DNA from: Bugula neritina
Lineage: Eukaryota; Animalia; Bryozoa
Reading direction: 5' to 3'
DNA length: 64,000 nt
Assembly: GCA_964035545.1 (NCBI GenBank)
Contig: OZ037765.1
Span: 7,946,698-8,010,697, forward strand
The notes beneath the pieces are model-generated. The model had not been told where the DNA came from. It worked only from the letters and a program-made list of their open reading frames with translations, and made no database searches. Within the stretch, counting starts at the first letter, position 1; each line of letters starts with the position of its first letter. Shown one piece after another: positions 41,494-52,900 of the stretch. The position numbers were made by a program, and so were the translations under genes.

Positions 41494-44109
41494 AAATCCA
41501 TCAGTTCCATTTGAATCATTTAAATTTTTGAGATGAAAATTCTGCTTAAAGCCGGTTAGCAAATGATTACCTTCTTTCACGGCCAGCCAACTTCTCCTGA
41601 TAGTTATTTCTTCTAGAACTTTTGCTATTTGAAACTTAGCACCAATTTTATAAAGTTGTTCTATAAGCAACTCCGGGTTGGGTTTATTGAAACCCCAACT
41701 TCAAACTCTAGAACTCTAAAATACTGCACTCAATCACTCCGAACTCGGAGCTGCTTTTACTTCATAGTTCCAGTTTCAACTTTTAGTCATATGTTGTCAA
41801 TTCCCATGAATCATCCTCATAACTAGAAACTCAAGATTATAGAGCAACAACCTTCTCCTATTGAAGTAGAAAAATTGAGACGCTTTGACTTGAATCTCAT
41901 CAAAGTGGTAGTTATTTATTTTTACATCTTGACTGCTTCCATTTTCAGAAAGTTAAGCACCAGCTGGTAGCCAAAAGACCACTTTTCAGTTTTGCGTCTA
42001 AATTTAATGGGTTGGAAATTTAAATTGGGCTATTGTGGTTCCATACAACAGACTTTATTTGCTTGCAACACAAACCTGCTAAATCTTCAGACACTACCAA
42101 GCTTTTATAACAGCAAAACCACTTTTAATTAAACTTTATTTTGGGTAGGTGGTAAACTGGTTGTAAACTGTTTAAAATTAACCATGTACAATTTATCAAG
42201 TATTATTATAGCATTGTGTAATACTGCACAGGCAATAATAATATTAACAAACATTGTTAACTGTGAGCTAAGTATGAACTTCCTGCGCTGTGAACTGCTC
42301 AGTAAACGATGAGCAGCTACGGCCGTGTATTTTTAGAATATTTTGGCGTTTTGTAACTATAAATATCCGTGCACGCACGTGTCTTCATGAAATGACTCAC
42401 TTTAGTACAGTTGGAAAGCTTTGCTCAGCTATTCGGTGCAATTTGGATCCCTTTGGTGGCTGACGAGCGTGATGACCGCATGTTCAGAATTCCCCAAGTC
42501 CAGTTGTTTTTATATATTGTAGGACTCGCAGCGAACAAATTTACAATTATTACTGACCAACTTTATAATAGTAACTAGCATCACCCATTACTTTTGAATT
42601 GCATAATTCAAAATGGGCATTCTATAAAGCAACAATAAGTCTTTCAATGATGATTGCTGCAGCATTTATTGATATTAACAACTGCAAAAACCAATCTTTT
42701 ATAGATGACAGAGCAATTAAAAATACCATGATAATATTATTGCTGGCTGGGGCAACTAAATTCAGGTGTTGGTATATAATATCACATTATATCTTTAATA
42801 AATGTCTTAAATAGAGCAACCCTGGTGTAAAAACCTAATAATAGTCAAATAACACATTTCAAGTAGGCTTTTGTTGAGACCAATCAGTTTTAAAATTAAT
42901 GCGTGTTGAGTCCAGCACACCTGTGAACTTTGTATCAATGTGTTAATAGCAGCTACTCTGAAATCTACCACAATCAACAAGTTACGATATAATTTGCTTG
43001 CATAACAAGCAGCCAAGATAGCTGGAAGATAATGAGCAGCAACGCAATGTTAGCGGTGAGCTTTTCTGAAAGAATCAACTTCTTCAAATTTCAATATAAA
43101 AACACTCTTGAGTAGTTGAGTAAAAGTTAGTTCCAACAAAACTAACACCACAAACTCTTATCCCAATAGGGCATTGAATAAACGGGTCAGTCTAGGTACA
43201 AAAGGATCGGGCAGAAAGAATTATTGTAGTTTGCTGAGTGGATCGACTTTTTTTATTGTGTTAAAAGCTTTACATGCAATTTAATATTTCCAATTGATTA
43301 TTATCGTGCCTATAATATTTATACTAGTAAGAGTACCTAACCTCTGGTCAAACCAACAGTTGGAGTAGGATCAGAGAACTGTGAAAAACCTGAGTTCCAA
43401 CCAAAAAACTTTAAAAAGTTTAGTTTATTTTGTGAGATTTTCAGCCCTTGCTGAAATGGTTAAAAATTGAGCTAAATATTGATGTTTTTGAATTTAAACT
43501 GAGGAAAGTGCATATATTGGAGGTGCGATTTGAAAGTCAAATTTGAGCAAAGTTTATTTAGATAGTTGCACTATTGGGGGGTTGAATTTCACTCCTCCAC
43601 CATATGCTAAAACTGAAACTGGTCTTGAATGTAACAATTATTACCTCATCTTTATCCTTGCAACGATTATCCATTCTACCCGCCATATGCCCTTGAGAAA
43701 ATGAGTCTGAACCCTCAACTAAGGCAACAATTTTCAAACTTTTACAGCGAGTTGGTATTTATAAAAATGCATAATGGGTTTAAAGGGTGATAAAATTAGC
43801 CTAATGCTACGTTCGAATTTGCTGAAATTATATTTTGAAAATTTGTCAGCTTTTTATAAGAAAATGTACCCAGCTTGTAATAAAAACTCTGGTAAAAGCC
43901 TGCTTTTTGGGGATATATCATAAGGAACTATATTTCATTACTGGCAAGAAAAAATATCGATAAATCAATGCTACGTGCGATGCATATAACATCAATTTTT
44001 ATTGCTTACTATAAACTGTTAAACCAACAGCCACTTGAGGCTGGAGCAAGGGATCATGCAACCGGCTGCAATTTCGGCCAGAACTCTGCTTACCGCGTAG
44101 AAGCATTTG

Positions 44110-44255
44110 GGGACCAATAAGCAGCCGCGAAATCTCATTACATCAAAACAAACACCGGCGCCGTCCAGTAAGGTGCGGGCTGTCAACAATAGTTGATCTG
44201 ACACGCCCAATAGCATGCTCTTATATAAGACGTTATGCTACACTTGCAGTACAAC
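44110..44255 (+). promoter_or_regulatory. Putative nanos core promoter
   Basis: CCAAT at 44114 and 44207, TATATAA at 44222, and CAGT about 25 nt downstream. It lies in a locally GC/CpG-richer patch about 100 nt before the ATG. Confidence 0.55.
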
Positions 44256-44351
44256 AAATCGCGAGTGTGAACTGTTGAAAACTCTCACAGGTGTCACATT
44301 GTACTCCGCAACTGGCAACTGCAACCATCGACAGTTAATTTCGTTACAATC

Positions 44352-45992
44352 ATGGCAGCAACTCTGAATTTATTAGAATCCGCTTTAGTTTCACCTACTC
44401 CTGTACCAACTTTAGCAGATGTCTTCAAAGACTTTTGGGTAGGTTAATATTTCTATAAACCTAATTGATAAAATCTAATCGACATTGATATATTTTATTA
44501 TACTTGTAGTAGTCATTCTAATTCTCTATCTGAGACTAGTGGCAATTCTAAGCCCAATGGACATCTATTTAAAAGCTCTCAAAGTGTTGCTAAAATAGTA
44601 CCATTACTATTATCTTGGTAGTGTTACTATTGACTAGTATTCTAATATTGATAGCCTACGTTCATAGTAATATTAGCATATTGATATTTATTGAAAGTGT
44701 TACACATTGATATTGGTAACATTGGACTTGGTATTACTATTACTATTAGTATTACTATGTCTATTGTAATTGAGTATATTAGGCAAGCTGTTACAGTTGG
44801 TTTCTTAGTTAATTTTTAAATTGGAAAAGTTCTAAAGACTAATTTACATCCTGAAAACCTGTCAATGTGCAAAACTCTACCGATATGCACATAGAAGTCT
44901 CTTGAAGTTATTGTGTAATTATCAGTAATTGGCGATTTTGTGTATATTCATTAAAAAATAGTGCCATTACATTTAGTTCTATATTACGGTAATTCAAGAC
45001 CAAGTTACTCCAACAATCTGCAAAATTAAATGTAAAAGCAATATGCGACCAACCCAACAGATTGGCATTTCTGCTATTTTGCAATTTTATCTCGATATGG
45101 CACTCCCGCTAACAATTTTTTGATATGAAACCACTAGCCTATAAGTATAATATTAACTGGTATTAAATTAAAAGTAACTTTTAAATTTTTGCTCTACTCT
45201 GAAGATGTGTACGCCAGTATTTCAACAAGGCCCTTAAAAGAAGAATTGAACTTGGCGCTTAGTGTTTTAAAGTAGAACTAGTACTTCGGCCATTTAAGGC
45301 CAAAGTGCTGATGCCTGTAAACCCACCATGTTTTACTTTTAATGTAAATGGTGCATCATTTTTTTATTTTAGTCCTTGACATTTCTATTTGTAGAGCCCA
45401 AGTTTTGCAGCTTCTTATTTAAACAAGGGTGTTAGCCAACAAATACCAGGAAATCAAATGCCATCTGCTGAAAACGGCTACAGTGTGTCGAATTTCATCA
45501 TTGAACATGTCATGTCCATCCACAACAAATTCGGCATGAAAGAAGCTGAAAAGGTGGTGACTGAATTATTAGCCGACGTACCAGCAATAGAGTCGGCAAG
45601 GTGGGTACCACTCTAGTCGAGTTAGTTTAGATTATAATTAAATTGAAATTTAAAACCTAAATTTTAAAAGCCGTTTATACAACTCGTAATTTACCTTGCA
45701 TTTTAGACTAAAATGTCGCGTTATGAAGAGGGTTGAGCAACTAGCTATTAAGAAGAGAATTCAACCTTTGTGCAGCTTCTGCAGAAACAATGGCCTACCA
45801 CCCGAACTGTATATGAATCACATTTTGAAAGATTACCTCGGCCGGGTAGCCTGTCCAATCCTAAGACAATACACGTGCCCCAAGTGCGGAGCTAATGGAG
45901 ACGACGCCCACACCATGAACTATTGTCCTTATAAAATCACTGGCCTAATATCTCCACCCAGATCGAGACTGCATTCTTGTACTTCCATTTAA
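44352..45992 (+). CDS. nanos: Nanos RNA-binding protein (about 192 aa)
   Basis: Exons 44352-44438, 45395-45600, 45707-45992, phase-consistent. Tandem CCHC nanos finger CSFCRNNG...NHILKD...VACPILRQYTCPKCGANGDDAHTMNYCP. AATAAA at 46212. Confidence 0.95.
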
Positions 45993-46046
45993 AATTGAAC
46001 ACATTTTGTACCAAAAAAGAAGCATAAATGTAATTAGGCATGAACA

Positions 46047-46088
46047 TGTACATATTGGCTCATTCATTTCTTTGTTAATTTGTAAATA
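46047..46088 (+). promoter_or_regulatory. Two Pumilio-binding elements (UGUAHAUA) in the nanos 3' UTR
   Basis: TGTACATA at 46047-46054 and TGTAAATA at 46081-46088, both upstream of the polyA signal. Confidence 0.5.
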
Positions 46089-46517
46089 GTGCCACAGGGC
46101 TGTTGGTACATTTTTTTATAGTTTCCCGATATGGGCTTTTTCCCAAATGAATATTTACTCATCGACAATCTTTAATGAACAATGTTATATGAACAATTTT
46201 TTATAATGGCAAATAAAATGTTTGCGGATTGCAAAACAAAGTGTCCTTGCTCATGTTATAAATGCCAACTTGAACATGTTTCATATGCAAACTGCTGTGT
46301 AGTTTAATTTAATACAGCTTAGGATGTCCTGGCTCTTAGCATTTGCAAGCTTTAAAATGACATGGAAGTTTTTTAAATTGTACATATGGATTGTAAAGCT
46401 TATGTAAACAAACTTATGAGCTGAAACTAAAAAATTAGCTTGGGCAATGATTTACCGATATATCAATACTGGTTCAAACCAATTTCTATCTGTTACTGTA
46501 CAAAAAGCTATTTTTTG

Positions 46518-46601
46518 CTAGAATTTCAACCTGCACCCCCAAACAAAATATTGAGAGAAAAACGTGAGCCATCTCAATATCTACATTGCTGCTCCTGAAT
46601 G
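46518..46601 (+). mobile_element. Partial copy of the MITE family found in CYP51 introns 6 and 7
   Basis: AGAATTTCAACCTGCACCCCCAAAC...ATCTCAATATCTACATTGCTGCTCCTGAATG matches 50602-50692. Confidence 0.7.
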
Positions 46602-46939
46602 CTTAAATCTGCCATTTACTATTAAATTGCATTTCTACTGCATGCATTCATATTGCAATCGTGCAAAGTTATTCGAAAACATAGACCTCTGGAAGTTGAG
46701 TTGTAAAATGTGGGGGTCATGCGACATATGCACTGGCTAGTTGGCCACGGAGTTGCTCAAAAACAAGTGACACAAGTCAAGGGATGAATTATTACAATGT
46801 TATTCATGAAAGATTGGTGAAAGACAGTGGCACTGACAACTAATTAAAACATACACTTTTAAATAAATGAAAGACAAATGGCAAAAAGAGTCCTACACTA
46901 CACAACAAATATTCTTCTAGCTAACAAGTTATATCCAAG

Positions 46940-49900
46940 TCACTTTCTTTTCTCATATCGTACGACTGATTTGGATGGTGTGTGAATCATATTTTGGTAG
47001 TTGGGTTCAGGGAATTCGTCCACCGCACTGAGTTGGTACTGTTCGAGCAGGACGGACCATATCGTCTTATTCTGTAGGTAAGCAAATGACTCGCCAATAC
47101 ACCTATGCCTGCCAGCTCCGAAGGGCACGTAACAAAACTTGCTGTCTGAAGTAAGGCCATCGTTTTCCATAAACCTGTCAGAAAAAATAGTTTTGCTTCA
47201 ATTTTAGTTTGTACTGAAAAACACCTCCCCTCTCATTATAATACTTAAAACCTACTTGAAAGCATTACTGTTTCGAAATCTTCTTCAGAAACCAGAATTA
47301 TTTTAGTGACGAAGACAAAATTGGTTAAAGGACAACTGAACAACAAGTAGACCATTTTGAGCTGCAGCGAGATGTACTAACTAGCACGTTACTAAACAGA
47401 ATACTAGTCTCTACAGCCAGTAATGGTGTCATGTCTGCGAATATGTTCAATATTTTCCAAAACACAATAATAAAATTTTGCACAATCATTAACAAAAACA
47501 GAGATGTCACAAAACCTGTGAATGGTAAACCAGAACTTTTACTCCAGGACAATGCGGTCTGATGAAATACTTTATGTGGCTGTTTGGGGGTGACTAGAGT
47601 ACAAGAATATGAGATTTTGCAATTTGTCTATGCAAATCAGTTTGACCAGACCCGTAAAATAAGGTAAACAAACAAGAGAATGAGCTTAGCAGCACTGGGG
47701 TAGGTGTTAAACGCAGTAAACAAGACCAGGTTGTCAGCTGTTGTAACCATTTTTACTTGCGTATCTCATCAAGATAGATATTAAATACCTAGTTCTATTT
47801 ACAAGTAAACTTGTCAGTAATATTACTGAACGTTGCTGAGTCTTCAACATTACTTTGGTAACAAGTTTATGAAGATAATTGAGAAGTTATAAAAATGTGA
47901 AATATTTGCATTTTGAAATATATGTAATATATGTAGTATAGTTAATATATACACTATATATAATATAGCTATCAGGAGTATAATACCACGGTATAATAAC
48001 TGATACACAATTACCATTTACTAATAAATTTGCATCCAAATACCACATATGAGTGCCAACATAACTTTTAGTGTAAATGACAAATGGTTAGAAGCTACAA
48101 GTCTAAGAATATTTCAAACTTATATTCACCAATTTTTGGACAAATATGCTATTTTTTGCTAAGCATGGTTTCTGATGATTGATTTGGTGCTTGGTTAAGA
48201 CTTCTATTTAAAAGTAGAAAACTTTTAGTAGGCTATAGCAAAATATATTTCACAAAAACCCGCCTTTTTACACTGCCATCCAATAACCTAAGGTGACCAC
48301 TGTACCCTTTGTTATGTTTATTCCTACCCTACAGGCAAATTCAATGAGCAAAGGAACAAGGCATCAATGGGCAAAAAATCGACAAACCTCATTCCTATAA
48401 TCACTATTTTACCTCCAGACTGCATGTAATAGGTTGTGATCCTGAGTTTTACAAATAAAATTCCATTTACTGCTGACATACCTTTAAATGGAAGCTTAAC
48501 TATTTACATAGATTTGATGAAGATTTTAGCAGAATATTTCATAAATATTATGGCACTAAAACATTAATTGGAACAGCTGATATAATTTTACCAAAGTTAT
48601 CAATATAATATAATATATATACAAAATATCATTTTCAATAGTGCCTGCACCAATATAATATATTATATAAATAATATATATCATATATTTATATTATATA
48701 ATACATTTAATATTATATATATTTATATAATAGGTATATAATCACCTTTCAGGATTGAAGTTAGCACACTCCTCTCCCCAAATTTCGGTCAACCTTTGAT
48801 TGGCAGTTGGAGACACACAGACAGAATGGTTAGCAGGAATGGTATAGCCACACACATTCTAGAAAATTCAATATGGAAGTGATATATCCTGACTGCACAC
48901 TTCAACCATTGTAACTGTTGAATGGCTGGTGATGACCAAAGACTGGCCTTTGATGTTGGCCAATATGATGAGCAGCCAAAGCACTAGTAGTTTAGATCTG
49001 TAATACAGATTAGTGTTACCTACACCACTGGAAGACTTGAGTAAGCAAGTCTGGCATACAATAATATGTACAATGGACAGGTAAATCTTGTTCTAGGAGG
49101 CTGCAGAATGCAACTCTTGCAGAACTGAAGTTGAAATGAAAGTCAACTTTGAACTTGGGATTCAGCCATAATTGATTTTGCAAAGTACAGGATGGAGTTG
49201 CAAAGTAATAGGTAATTTGTTCAACAGAAAGCTGGAGAATATGCCATTCTCAAACGATTCAACAGAAGAATTGACATCGGTGGATATTTTTATTGCCATT
49301 GTAATGACAGCTAGGCTTATGAAGACCACAAACTTCTCCTTTGCCAAGGGGTCATCAAGCCACAAGATATTTGCTTTATAAATTTTAGACTATTTCGCAT
49401 TTCGAAACAATCAGCTAAATCCAAGAGAAACTACATTAAATAACCCAAAGGTATTAATTTTGAATGTTGCATCAATCAAGCAGTTACACTGTAAAGCAAA
49501 TCCTTTGCTGAGAAAACTATCTCGAACTAGCAAGTTATCATCAGAGAATGACTAATTTTTTAAACTCCATTATTTATAGCCCACACTGTTTGAAAGAAAT
49601 CTGGCTGGCAAGTAGTTTCAGCTAAAAATAAACTACTGAATATTATAACTTGTTCTATGCAGCTTAGTCATGTATCTTGTTTACATAGTTTTGCCATTTA
49701 CTTGCTTCCGGTAAACCTGGAATTCTACCACACGGCATTGACTGGCCAAAATTGAGTAAATAAGTGATATATTATTGATATGCAGTTGATGAGTATACAG
49801 CCTTGTAAGCGGCAGCATTCCAGCAGCGGTGCCAGTAAAAGTCATCAGCTAGAGCAAGGTGAATGACAAACCAGTGACCTTTTGCAAGCAGCAAAGACGT

Positions 49901-52900
49901 AGTAAAGTGGCTGGAGGCAGGAATAGTTTGGTGACCCTAAAGTGAGCATTAAAAAGGTTCTGATGCTGAGATAAATGGCATGCAAGGTGCACCGAGTGAC
50001 CCATACAGCCGCAGACGAACTCTTGAAGTAAACAGCTCAGATTCAGTGCAGTTCAGTTGTAACTCAGCCAACTCGTGGCAGCCTCACCAAATGTAAATTA
50101 TTGGGAGTGGACAAAATTCAATAACCATTTGGAAATGACAGCTTAACCAATGGTTGCAGTGTAAGTGACAAAGTAATTTAAATAATATTCCATAATAATT
50201 TGCAATTCATATTTAATGGTCACAATAATATGCACGAGTGAAGACATAGTAGAACTACTAATAACATTATTCTTATTGACACGACTAAGAAATTTAATTA
50301 AAAATTACCAGAGGTTTCCTGGAGTGTCTGATGATCACGTGTATAGGTGGTCGAAGTCTCAATGTCTCCCTAAAGGCATTATCCAACACACGCATGCTCT
50401 TCAACTGATCGTAATCAACAGGTTCAAATGTAGCACCTCGCACCTGCGACACACAAAATACTGAGCTCAAAATTATGACAATTTCAAGTGAAGAGTTGAA
50501 TAAGAACGTTAGGTTACCTGAAAGGTAGGTGCAGTAATGGAGAAATTGAAAAAAGCCTGTGTTCTAGATTAAAAATGTAGCAAAAGAAGTTATGTTCTCA
50601 CAAGAATTTCAACCTGCGCCCCAAACCAAAATTTAAAAAGAAATTTAAAGAATTTAGGCTATCTCAATTTCTCCACTACTGCTCCCAAATGAACATTTGA
50701 GCTTGTAAAAGTCCTGACAATCATAAAAATACATCTTAAACAATTATATGCTTTGCCCATTACTGATAATTATGGTCCATCTCTGGCCCATGTGACTAGT
50801 GACACTGCACTGTTATACCCAAAGGATAGTCAGGTGCAAACTTGCACTCAGTGATCACCATAGTGTGAAACTGTCTGCAGTGTCATACCCACCATAATAA
50901 ATTCCATCAACTCCTGAATTGAAAATTTCAAAGGGCCATTTGATTGCAAATTTATTCTTAAAATATAACTGAGAACAGGAAGATTGGTGAAATGCATTCC
51001 ATTTAATTTCTGGTGACACAAGCTATACTGTTATGCAAGTGTTTAGATTCTCCATGCACTCACACTATTTTCAATCAACACCTTTTTGTAAAGCAAAGTA
51101 AGGTTTTAGAGGCATTAATTTTGCAGAATTACAAAAAACATAGTTTTGCACCTTCTACCAGACCATAAAACCTAGCTAGTCCTACTAGGCTATGCAATGA
51201 AGCAAAATATGTTTTCCTAGGACACTCTTCTTAAGGTACATTTATACCTTCAAGATTTTCAATCAGAAATTCAATTTGGCTAGTTAAAAATTTTACCAAG
51301 ACTATTTTTCAGTAAGACTATGAAAGGGTGCTCGAATGGACGATATTGACTGAAACTCTGTATTTTTTTCAGCAAAGGTATAAATGAACCATTCAGATTT
51401 AGCTACTTTTCTGACAATAAGCCAATTTATGAGTCTGCAATTATTCTGGGTTTGAAGTCTGAAGTTGGAGGAGAGTTTAGTAATACTTTTAAGGAACATT
51501 TATGGGCAGTAATGGAAGAAAAATGTTTCAGTAGCCTATGTATTTTTAAGTAATTTTTTTATTTAAATCAAGTTGAAAATATTGATTACTCAAATATTGG
51601 TAAACTGTTTTAAATTAATTATAACAAATTATTTAGCTGGCACTAAAGCTACTAATAAGATTTGGTTGGAAGATGTTTGATGCATAATATTTTTCAGGAT
51701 TCCATTATTATAGCCAATACCTGACATTGCTCCTCATAGCACTGCCTCTGGATTTCAGTATTGTGGGCCAGAAAAACACCCAGCCAGGAGCTGGTGGAAG
51801 AGGAGGTGTGCTGACCAGCCATCAACAAGCCAATCAGCATCCCAGCTATTTCATCATCAGTCATGTACCTCCCACTCCTGCAACACCAACAGCTGTTAGT
51901 TAACTGACTGCTGCCATTCATTTAGATGCAGTAGTGAAGAAATTGAGATAGCCCAAGTTCTTTAATTTTATTATTAAATTTTGGTTCGGGATGCAGGTTG
52001 AAATTTTTATGCTGCATTTTTGATCTAGAACACAGGCTTTTCTCAATTTCTTCATTACTGCACCTACCTCCTGCCATTATAACACAGCAGCATCTATTAA
52101 TATATGAAGACAAGTTGACCATCAGTTTGCATTTAATATCCACACCCACATACTCTGAGCATGCTATTTTAGCTAGTAACAAAAATAAAGTCAAGTGGCC
52201 AATAAAAAAGAATCAGATTTAGATTAACAAGTCACCAAGTTATTGTTGCAAATGTGCTTTTCCTACACAACGTTGTTTTTGTATAAAATTGTCAGGTTTA
52301 TAAAAAAGAAGCAATCATAAATCTGAAAATGAATGCAAATTTATCAGTTGAAAAATTATTTTTTTACTGACAAGTTTGATGGCAAAAAATACTTAGTTTG
52401 TAGTTATACATACAAACAGGCTGTTAGCATATATCAACACAAAAGAACACACTTGTATGGCGTATCCAGTAGAGTCTGCAACATATCTTCTCCCTTGTTT
52501 CCAGATGCCCTGCGTTTCTCTATTGCCGCATAGAATATCTTCTTCATTTCCACATGAGCCGCATCTCTCCTCCTTAACTTTGGTACCAGGAAATGCAACC
52601 ATGAGGGGAGGAGCCATGCTTCAGGGCAGAACCCCTGATCCAGAAGGTAGTACAGGTGGGCTACTCTCTCATCCAATATGGATCTGATCTCAGGTCCTGA
52701 AACAACCCCATTCTTTCACCAATATTCAATACTCAAAACTGTCACCATTATTGCTGTGTAAACAGCAGTTTACATGTGTGAAAGTTGGGGTCATGTCTAT
52801 TTGCTAAATTTACTTCAACTAATCCATGACACATCCTAAGCTTGGCAAATAAGCAAATACAAGGCTGACACTGTGGTAAAGAAATACAATCAGCTCAGCA

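Noticed and set aside
41240-41536. 98-aa ORF with GxN and Pro-rich repeats
   Set aside because: It coincides with an inverted-repeat element whose subrepeats generate the pattern. No gene-structure support.
49690-50110. GC-richer patch in CYP51 intron 8 with a minus-strand IHLALADD string resembling an RT catalytic motif
   Set aside because: No other RT motifs in frame and the flanking translation is not RT-like. It may be a decayed repeat, but I cannot support a call.
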